A stretch of 64,000 nt of DNA, from NCBI RefSeq assembly GCF_964204645.1, contig NC_134025.1, positions 3,100,001-3,164,000 of the forward strand, given 5' to 3'. A model generated the notes under the pieces. It was given only the letters and a program-made list of their open reading frames with translations, searched no databases and was not told where the DNA came from. The DNA comes from Tubulanus polymorphus. Taxonomy: Eukaryota; Animalia; Nemertea. Positions 1 to 9,903 of the stretch are shown here, in pieces (within the stretch, counting starts at the first letter, position 1; each line of letters begins with the position of its first letter). The translations under genes and the position numbers were made by a program.

Positions 1-1379
1 TGTGTATGTATTTTACAGATATTTCATTGTTTAAACTGATGATATATTATTGCATATTGTATAACATGTCACTAAAACTGAATTATCGTAACTTTCGATA
101 TTGAGTGGCTTACAAAAAAGTGCTTTATCTTTATTGGCGTTTTGAACAAGTTTACTTGACCTCAATAGATATATATGAACGAAACCAACATTGGATGAGT
201 AGTCTCAGATTCTTATCCCTATCGACCATCATGATTTTTTCCAGATATTTATTGTCCAAATTATCATTACCAAGAATGAGGTTATATGGTTATTATTATT
301 GTTTCTTATACTTGAATAGTGTTTGTGTAAATAATGTGCAATCGTTGTTTTAGAATTCGGTCAGTGATATTGTTTTACGCAGAGCTGTTCTCTTAAGGGT
401 CATATCTGTGTCATTTTTCACTTTTTTGGTAAAATTGGACTATGATGTCGTTTGTGAATATACTCTGTGGCTATCGTGTGAAGTAGTCTTTCAAATTAAA
501 CTTCTCTCTGTACAGTATCCAGATTCTAGTCTTTATTATAAAGGTGACGCCTTAAAACATGCCTATACTTGATTATAGGGAAAGCAAAGAAACATATATT
601 TCCTTCTATAAAATGCGTGATATTCACCTTCAAATATGGTACACGATTATTTTGAAGAGTATTTTGAAGTGTCAGTCACAGAAAGCTAAGTTAACTGCCA
701 GTGACCTATGATTTTTTTAATTTTCACTTTACTGGTGCTTTTAAAGTCTAGTCCAAAACTAGTCATTTTCAGCTATATTCTTCAAGTATCTCCTACTCAG
801 CAATTCAGGCCTGTATTTTTGTTCAATCTACGAATATTTTGTTTTTGTTTCATGGTTGGGCTATATAGCATTGTAGATTCTGATATCCACTAATAACAAT
901 TCACTAAATTTATTGTCATTATTATTGAATTTGAAAGTATTAGTTCCGTTGATGTAAGATAATCAAATACATCTGTACATAATAAAAGTGTAAAATATAT
1001 ATTTGTGTTTCTCGTTGTCGTAAAATTTGCAATCTGTATTTTATGCAATTTTCCACGAGGAAATAGACCTGACAAGTGTTTTGGGATGTTATGCTAAATA
1101 TATGGTGTACTTTATTTTGTTATTTCCTTGTATAAATACATTACACCTCACTGAATAAAAACATGGTGTCCAATCTAACACATTTTATGAGTTGTTTTTT
1201 ACGGAAGACTGATGAATCAACGAATTGGGATTGCTTGTGGAAAAGTCTAGATTCTGTGAAAATATACCGGCATTTAGAAGATCCTAGGTTCCAGAGCCTA
1301 GTACTTGGACAAAGAATGAAACGAACCCAATATTTACCAACAGGCCTACTTGTTTCGCGTGACCGTATCATGATCTAAG

Positions 1380-1750
1380 ATGTTGAATAGAGGATATTGG
1401 GACGGCAAGTTCATAGAAAAATCACTAGAGGGTGGAAAACATTTAGAAACGACTTAGTGACCAGTTTATTCCAGTTCAAGATCGGGTCTTATCTCTTACC
1501 TGTAAATAAACTGTCAAATCTCCATCTACCCAGAACCAATAGATTATGCCCCACCTGTAACGTTTTAGGCGACGAACTACATTTCATTTTTTACTGTAAC
1601 TTACCGAATTCCATAAAAATTACTTAAATTCAAATACTTTTCGGAACCTTGATGTTTTAAAAAATCCAACTTTGAAGCTGGGATTTATCAAATTACGTCT
1701 AGATGTATATAGATCCCTCCGGTAGTGTGTAAATAGTATGTTGTAAATAA
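1380..1750 (+). mobile_element. Decayed non-LTR retrotransposon (LINE) 3' end, probably L2/CR1/Crack-like
   Basis: ORF 1397-1627 encodes FQFKIGSYLLPVNKL...RLCPTCNVLGDELHFIFYC, matching the C-terminal CCHC motif of LINE ORF2. TGTAAATA tail-like repeats follow at about 1728-1750. Reading frames are disrupted, and upstream 1-1380 may be more of the same decayed element. Confidence 0.55.
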
Positions 1751-1909
1751 CGTTTGTTATGTTTTAAAATACTTTCATTTCCCGTTTTTGCAAATTATTG
1801 TAAATACTCTCTTTTTCCTCCATATATGATGCAAAATGGTTGGAGTGTAATAAACATTCGTACTCGTATTCGACTGTCAAACAAATACAATGGAGTAGTA
1901 GGCCTACAC

Positions 1910-2461
1910 TATGGTGGCTGATAAGGGCCATAGCGTAAAATTCCTGGTATGTAAATGAGGGCGCCAGAACGCCAGAACGCCAAAACGAAAAAAAACGTCC
2001 AATTTTCTCTGAAAGTTCGTTTTGGCGCGCCAAAACAAAGAAAATTCCGTTTTGGCGCCCCCGCCAAAACGAACTTTCATTTTGGCGCCCCCGCCAAAAC
2101 GAACTTTCGTTTTGGCGCCCCCGCCAAAACAACGAAAAACGTCGAAATTTCTCTAAAAGTTCGTTTTGGCGCGCCAAAACAAAGAAAATTCCGTTTTGGC
2201 GCCCCCGCCAAAACGAACTTTCATTTTGGCGCCCCCGCCAAAACGAACTTTCGTTTTGGCGCCCCCGCCAAAACAACGAAAAACGTCGAAATTTCTCTAA
2301 AAGTTCGTTTTGGCGCGCCAAAACAAAGCGCCAAACGAACTTTTAGAGAAAATTGGACGTTTTTTTTCGTTTTGGCGTTCTGGCGTTCTGGCGCCCTCAT
2401 TTACATACCAGGAATTTTACGCTATGGCCCTTATCAGCCACCATACTTATCAGCCACCATA
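1910..2461. mobile_element. Non-autonomous palindromic DNA transposon (MITE) with TATGG termini, IS3EU-like
   Basis: Near-perfect terminal inverted repeats over about 100 bp (tatggtggctgataagggccatagcg... / ...cgctatggcccttatcagccaccata). The interior is a 127-bp tandem duplication built of gttttggcgc(cc)c(c)gccaaaac hairpin units. The right 16-bp terminus is duplicated. No clear TSD. Confidence 0.85.
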
Positions 2462-4074
2462 GATAAACCTTAGCTTTAGTAAAATCCATCCTTGTACTAC
2501 TAACCTAAAGACCCCTATCTAAGATCCCCAAATAATTATGCGCTGTGCGAGCGTTTCAAGGCTTCTTTCTCAGTACGTTAAGGCAAAAGTTCCGTAAAAA
2601 AAACTTGTTAAAATAAATTGGGCCCAGAAATAGGGCACTTGGAAATTTTTTTCTTTGTGTCAGTGGGCAGAGAAACCCGATTTCAATCCGAAGGGGGCAG
2701 TCATTGGCTATTGAAAAGGGAAAAATTTTCATATAAAATTCGAATCCATCAACAACTGTCAACGAGCCCAGTGTAATGTGCAAAGTCGTATTGGTTTTGC
2801 CATTGAATCATATAATCACATAATCATGTCTTCCGAACGTGTAAAAGTTTGCCAGCGGACCATGCAGTTGGTGGGATTATTTATTGGGTTGGAAAAAAGA
2901 AGTACATTGCAAGAACAAAACACAGGGGCTCGTATCAGAGTTGTAGGTAGTATAAAAACTGTTGATAACAGATTATCGTTTTTACACTACCTACAACTCC
3001 ATTGGGATCCCTGAGTGAAACTGATTGGACAACAGCAATGCCCACAGCCCAGTTTCATAAAAAGGTTTAACACTTAAATCGATTTAATTTCTTCATTAAT
3101 TCAGTTTAACTTAAATCGATTTAGGCCTTTATTCAGAGTTGCTATATTAAACTTAACAAATTTCAAAATCAATCATATTTATTCTCATACAACAATTATA
3201 CAAAATGCCAGGAGTGCTCGAGGAATTAAAATGTAAGCTCCTCAAACATGTGGACTTTCAAAAACAACAAGTCCAACCACCATATGAACTATAAATGAGA
3301 GTTTATACGCCCATGGTCCAACCATAGACTCTAAAACAAAAAGTCTATGATCCAACCACGGACTCAATTGTCCATGGCCCCCGCACTAAAACCAGAGATA
3401 AACCTGGCCAAATACTCTGGAAAGCGTAGGAGTAAGTAATCAATCTGATTAACATTTTTACATCATTTTATTTTCACATATCAAATTATCAACTTTTAGC
3501 TTATTTCTCAAATTTTAATACTAATTTTGTTTCTTTTACTATGTATGAAATTGTACAAACTGTAAAACCACAAAAGTTACATGTAAGGTATTTAAGTCTT
3601 TATCTATGATACATTTCCACTACAGCTGATTTATACAATTTGCATCAATAGGAAAATAACAAAAATACACTAAGAATTGTAAACTTTGATCCATAAAACA
3701 CCGAAAATTGGACTAGTCTGAAAGTCTAAGATTATGAATTTGACAATTCATGAGGTCAATATAACCGATACTTTGTTATAGTCAGCCCACAAGGCCTGAC
3801 GGATAGCCGCCACTGCGGCGCAGGACTACTCATTACTAAGACAAGTGGAACACTTTTTATTTAGTGTCGGCAGAAAGATCTATTAGAGGCATCAGTCGCG
3901 AAAAACATGGTTATTATATAACTGGGTACCGAACCCATATATATAGAATAGAAATAGAAATCGTATGAATATTAATCGCCGAAATCGATAGCAATAAAAT
4001 GTTCAATAAAGTCTTCATTAGAATTTGAGTGGGTACGAGAGACACACTGGGTATCACGGACTGGGTGACGTCTC

Positions 4075-4850
4075 TATGGAATACTTCAAGGGCCATACGA
4101 CTTACGAGTTACGTTTTACGACTTTACGAGTTACGTTTTACGAGTTACGATTTACGTTTTACGAGTTACTTATACATTTCCTTGAATATTCGTTACGACT
4201 TCCGTTTTATGAGTACGTTTTACGAATTACGAATTACGATTTACGAGTTAAGTGTTGGAGTTTCGGTTCGCAAGAGTTCAAGGACAGTGGCCACGTGGTA
4301 GGCATTTCACTGTGTGGGTGGATGTAATTATTAGACGAATAACCTGTAACGATGATGGATGGCTGTATGCAGCCCAGTGTTTTCAAAAAATGAATACATT
4401 TTTTCTAAATTGATGAATCTTGTTCTAATTATTAAAATCATTTCCAGCTAAGATCTATTGAGACATCGTCTATTAAAATCATCGTGCACGTAACGCGGCA
4501 GTCATCAGTCAGTGTGAAATGTATTGTCAGCATTTAAGATTTTGAGAAGGTTCGCACAGCGGCCAACGCGCAGATTTCCTGCCCTGTAATAGACCACTGC
4601 AGTCGAGATTGATTCACTATATACAATAAATTACTCTTATTATGCGGTTTGAAATGACTTCATTTTGAAACCCGTTCTTTGAATAACGCGCTTCGAATAT
4701 CCGAAGCCAATTAGTGAAAAACGTGTAATTCGTAAAACGTAAGTCGTAAATCGTAAGTCATAACGTATTGTAAGAAATGTATTAGTAACTCGTAAATCGT
4801 AACTCGTAAAACGTAACTCGTAAGTCGTATGGCCCTTGAGGTATTCCATA
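4075..4850. mobile_element. Non-autonomous DNA transposon, IS3EU-like (TATGG...CCATA ends, 6-bp TSD)
   Basis: TIR tatggaatacttcaagggccatacgacttacgagttacg... / ...cgtaactcgtaagtcgtatggcccttgaggtattccata. Subterminal TTACGA-type 7-bp repeats on both arms. CGTCTC duplicated at 4069-4074 and 4851-4856. Confidence 0.85.
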
Positions 4851-5030
4851 CGTCTCCGTATACTGTTGTTCTGACTGCGAATGCAGGTGGCGCAGAATTG
4901 GACAGGCGACCAGTCTATTTAGTAGTGTCACGGCGTAATTATATTCTGGTTGCGTAAATGATCAATCCTAGGTGACGTTTTGCTAGATTTATTCTATTCC
5001 CATCCCGCATTTGTCAAATGGAATTAAATA

Positions 5031-8000
5031 ATGCATAATCGAACATTGTGTAGTAGTGTTATATTTGGCGTTGGCGTTGTAATCGCTGTCTATGTAATCC
5101 GCAGAAAAAGCTTGAAAAAGAGGAACAACTCAAAAGAACTGGACGAAATCGATCATCAACAACAACCATCACCGCATCGAAACGGGAGTGCCATTAAACT
5201 TACAAGTAGCGAAACAGTCGATGGAATAAATCCTTCCACTGTAAGTTTATCGACAATATGATAAATACAAAAAAAACAACTTGGAAATCGATTGGATTTC
5301 GTTATGGGGCTAATCAAATGAGTTCATGTGAATTCACGAATCAATCAGTAGCTTCCGTCGGTAAGACCCAGCTAGGCCTTCGATCTTGTTCAAACGAAAT
5401 TCAGACCATGACTTGCTCATTTTGATCATGATTTGAAAAACGTCTTGGATTCCTTGAAGGCTGATTTACATTTCAGTTCTTGTTCTAGCGAAAGTCAGAT
5501 TCAGACTTGCTATTATATAGTCTAACAGCTATTGTGTGAGGATCTAATTGATTGTACACGGCACCAGCATACGCACTAGTGGCAGTGCTATACACAACAT
5601 TTAGACAGTACTGTAGTAGATACACAGTACTGTAGATAATACATGGTACAGTGTCAGTACACAGTAATAAACTTTGTAGTGCATACCTGGAAAATATCAT
5701 TCAGTTTCTATTTAAACTTCCTCGACTAGGGATATAAAAGATGCATGATCTGGTAAGAATTGTAAGGCTAATTTATGTATATATTATGTACGACATGAGT
5801 GAAAAACTGTTTATGGCACGAGTGAGAATCAATGTCAATAAATATCAATATCAATAAATATGACAAATGTTACCCTGCCTGAAGAGAGATCATTACTTAG
5901 TAACCGCTGTATCCAGGTTACCAACGTAGTCCTTTATTGCTGAATGCAAATGTGAGTTTCCAGAAATGTTTGATTTCATTATTTAAGTATTTATCATAAA
6001 ATGCGTTTTTTGTTTTAGATGCTTGAACTCGAGAAACAAGGTGTTCACATCCGGGATCTGGATTATGTGAAAGATATTTTACAGCAAATGATTGAAGATG
6101 GCAAAGATAAACTGCAGGTACAGTTTATCATCTCTTTACAATCAACTGTTTACATATATACCCCTGGGGCCAGTTGCTCAAAAGTTGGTTAAAGATAACC
6201 AGCCGTTAGATACCATAGTAACAATGAAATTTCAATTGTCACCATATCAACTATCCACTGGTTAACTCTAACCAACTTTTGAGCAACTGGCCCCTGGTAT
6301 TTTCTGGTAGCATTTTGATTATTCTTTTCTCAGGTAATTGCTGATTTTGACAGAACTTTGACGAAATACTCTCACAACGGACAGCTAGTTCCAACCAGTC
6401 ATGGTGAGACATTTATTTCATTTTAAAATAATAGATATCAAATTTTGATTTCATGTAAAATAATTTAAACTGGTTATATTTGTTCCACAGGAATAATGGA
6501 TGACAGTGACCTCATGCCAATAGACTTCAAGAAAGCGGTAAGATTTCAGTTTTTCTAAGTTAATAATCAGCCAAGCAACTACGGATGTCCAAATGTATGA
6601 AACATTATAAATTGTAGGCTGCGGACTTGCGTAGCGAGTACTACGCAATTGAAATTGATTCAAATTTGACAGTGGCTGAGAAATGTCCATTCATGATTGA
6701 ATGGTAAGTCTGTCGGATTTCACTGAATCCAACCTTGAAATATGAGCTTTGTCCGATGGTTTACCTGTATGCATCATATTTTCCAGGTGGACCAAAGCCC
6801 ATGATTTGTTACTAAAAAAATGTAATATCTACCAAAAAGATATCAAAGCTATTGTGTCGCAGTCAGAAGCTCAACTCAGGTAAATATAATATCTCTCATT
6901 ATCAATATCTAACTGAACTGAGATAACCTAAAACATTTCGATTGAGTTTACGATATAAAATTGGGGCTCATAGATTAACCGTGGTATCAACCATTGTTTA
7001 TTTTCAGGACATCGAAGTTGTCTTGTCACTCGTCTCTTTATCCTGGTAAGAAATCAGTTTTTTTCATACGTTCACTAAATGATGCCAAAAATTGCTGAAA
7101 AAGTGACAACTTCAGTTGATTATAGAATATAATATAGACAGACATTACACTACAGCCCCAAAACTCTCTCACCCCAATCATTTTCTCTTCACCCTACTTC
7201 TCTCTCCAACTCCCCCTGCCCTCTCTCTCCAACTCCCCCTTGCTCCCTCTCTCTCCAACACCCACTTGCCCTCTCTCTCCAACTCCCTCTTGCCCTCTCT
7301 TTCCAACTCCCTCTTGCCCTCTCTTTCCAACTCCCTCTTGCCCTCTCTTTCCAACTCCCTCTTGCCCTCTCTTTCCAACTCCCTCTTGCCCTCTCTATTC
7401 TCTCTCACATTCACTCTCTCTTCATCCTACTGTCCACTGCTCCACTCGCCTTCAACAAGTTCTACCAGCTCACGAAGCATACATCCTCGTGCTCTCAACT
7501 CCCCCTCCCCTACTCAACCTCTCACCGCTCCTATCTTCCCCCGCCTTATCGCTATCCCTCTTAACATCCCACATCATGAGACAACCAAAACATTTATTTC
7601 AATATTCACTCTGCAGATGAATCGGCATCATTTAAATTGAACTAAAAAAAAAAACTGCTTTCTTCGCCACAATTGATATTTCATTTCAGCAGTTCACACA
7701 TGATTCTTCTGAAACTCATGTTATTCATTATGGAGGTGTATATTATAATTGTAGAGATGGAGTTGATTGGATGTTTAAACAGTTACATAAAGCCGAAGTA
7801 CCGTGTTTGATATTCTCAGCTGGAGTTGGAGATGTTATTCAAGAAGTTATACATTATCGTTCGAAAATGTTCGACAACATGAAAATCGTCTCAAATTTCA
7901 TGCAGTTTGATTCATCTGTAAGTTTGAGCAAGCAGAACTTCTACATTCAAGAGGAAGCCTTTTTTACATTATTTTAGTTATATCGTTTATTTCAGGGCAA

Positions 8001-8688
8001 ACTGATCGACTTCCAGGGAGAAATGATTCATATTTTCAATAAAAATGAAAGTGCCATCCACGAATCCGACTATTTCACGAATTTATCTCACCGAGACAAC
8101 GTTATTTTACTCGGCGACTCAGTCGGTGATATTCGCATGGCGGAAGGAGCCAATTCTAAAAACCTCTTGAAAATTGGTTACCTAAACAACAATGTGAGTA
8201 CAACTGCATCTCTAAATCCCTTTCTGTGTGTAATGGGCAGCTACAACACCAGCTATCCTACCAAATGGCATCTCAGTCTTACGTTGTCAAAATTAGTTCA
8301 TTATCAAACAACTTTGATCTGAATTTTTAGGCTCCTGAATCGATACATTGTTACAGCACAAAATTGTACGCTAAATTTATTTGCCACTGAACCCAGTGAT
8401 CGGTATAGTTTTCATTAATGGTTGATTTGAAGAAAAAAGTTCATTTGAATTGGGAAGAAATTGAACCCAGAGGAGTTAACTAGTGAACCTGGTGGATCCT
8501 AACTGCGCGACCTAAGTTGAATACTCGATTACCGCAGCACTTCTCCATTCAGCTTTACGTCATCTATTTCTTTTCAGGTTTCTGAAAATTTGGGCAAATA
8601 CATGCAGCTGTATGACATCGTACTGGAGAACGATGAAACGTTTGACCTATGCAATTCACTGCTGAGGCAAATACTTCAAACCTCTTAA
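5031..8688 (+). CDS. NT5C3: Cytosolic 5'-nucleotidase 3 (pyrimidine/7-methylguanosine 5'-nucleotidase, HAD family)
   Basis: GT-AG exons 5031-5240, 6019-6117, 6334-6403, 6491-6703, 6787-6879, 7755-7917, 7996-8193, 8578-8688. HAD motifs DFDRTLT, IFSAGVGD, IHIFNKN, LLGDSVGDIRMA, LKIGYLN, YDIVLENDETF. Confidence 0.93.
6167..6293. mobile_element. PIF/Harbinger-type MITE in an NT5C3 intron
   Basis: TIR gggccagttgctcaaaagttggtta / taaccaacttttgagcaactggccc, flanked by the 3-bp TSD CTG (6164-6166, 6294-6296). Confidence 0.8.
7195..7410. repeat. Polypyrimidine minisatellite with a 24-bp unit (ccctctctttccaactccctcttg)
   Basis: About six near-perfect tandem copies plus degenerate flanks, in an NT5C3 intron. 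Confidence 0.9.
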
Positions 8689-9310
8689 ATATCCGTCATC
8701 ACTCCTACTCAAAACAACCGGTTATAACTCTAGGCTTTCACAAACAATATTTTTAACCTTTTAAATTCAGAGTACCCATCGTTTTTGTTGTCAATATTTT
8801 AAGATATTAGAACTTATTTGTAATGGATTTTTATGCGTTATCCTCGTGATAAAAAGAGTGTTTTCATCGGTCTAGGTTGTATATTAGTCTACATGGCTTT
8901 CTAAACACTCACTGCAAAAAAAATATTGCAGGCAGAATATTGTAATTGGTTACGGATTACTTTTAACACTTATAAGGTATAGTTTTCTAATGTACAGATA
9001 TTGTATAAATCTGGTCATAAATATCCGTATACCTGTGATCTTACTTTATATGTATAGTATGTACAAAGCTGCTATGAATAATAAACTTTTAAGTACAGTA
9101 TACATCAAATTTCACTTTGTCTTTTGATCTCTGTTCGTAGAAGATTCATTCTGGAACATGGATAAGGGTCTACATAGACGTCATAATAATGTAGTGATGC
9201 TCTGTGCGAAGAACCACCTCCTTTCTTCTTTAGCGGCCTCAACCAATAACTAACTTCAGATTATACGTCCAAATTAGTGGAAAACTTGAGAAACCGTTTC
9301 ATAAACCCTA

Positions 9311-9463
9311 TGTGGTCATTCATTTATTACGTACGCATTAGGGGAGGGGTCAGTGAAATTGCGTACTGTAATGCTTAATGTATATGAAAAAATGGCCGAT
9401 TTTGCGTACAGAGGGGGTTGAAAAATTCAAATTTTATGCGTACATAATAAATGAATGATTCCT
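9311..9463. mobile_element. Short degenerate MITE
   Basis: Imperfect TIR ggtcattcatttattacgtacgcat / atgcgtacataataaatgaatgattcc. Confidence 0.6.
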
Positions 9464-9903
9464 ATCTTCAATCATCAAGGATGTTCATACATTTCTCGAA
9501 CGAAGACAAATTTCCATTTAACCGTACAATCGACAAATTTATTCACTTCACATAGTTTGCAACTATATTTTAAAATTCATTTTGTTTGTTATTTACATCC
9601 AGCCTAAAAGTTGCTCATTATCAACCAAGCGTATAATCGTAATTGACATTAAGACATAATGACATGAAATTAAATTGATAGCGCATTACTGGGTCATCAG
9701 TTCGATGTTAACCATTTACATGTATAAATACATTCGGATGAACTACATCTGCAGTTCAGAAAAGAACATAAAGCATATTCACAAATTGACCGCTAGTTTC
9801 CAGCAGTTATTTGTCCTGTTACAACTACATATACAGGGCGTTGGTGTTGTACTTTTGTCACGGAGCCATTTATACATTCACAACTAACTATTAATTTCAA
9901 TTG

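Noticed and set aside
1764-2473. Repetitive 185-aa and 172-aa ORFs
   Set aside because: Translations of the MITE's internal repeats.
3204-3231. ATG exon MPGVLEELK|gtaag as an NT5C3 first coding exon
   Set aside because: Phase 1, which is out of frame with the 6019 acceptor. It may be a UTR exon but cannot be supported.
4025-4849. YELRFT-rich ORFs
   Set aside because: Subterminal 7-bp repeats of the transposon.
7116-7640. Low-complexity ORFs (LPSLSNS, ELEREGKR, PTPSCPLF)
   Set aside because: Artefacts of the 24-bp intronic minisatellite.
8450-8560. Possible SINE head remnant
   Set aside because: Too degenerate to call.
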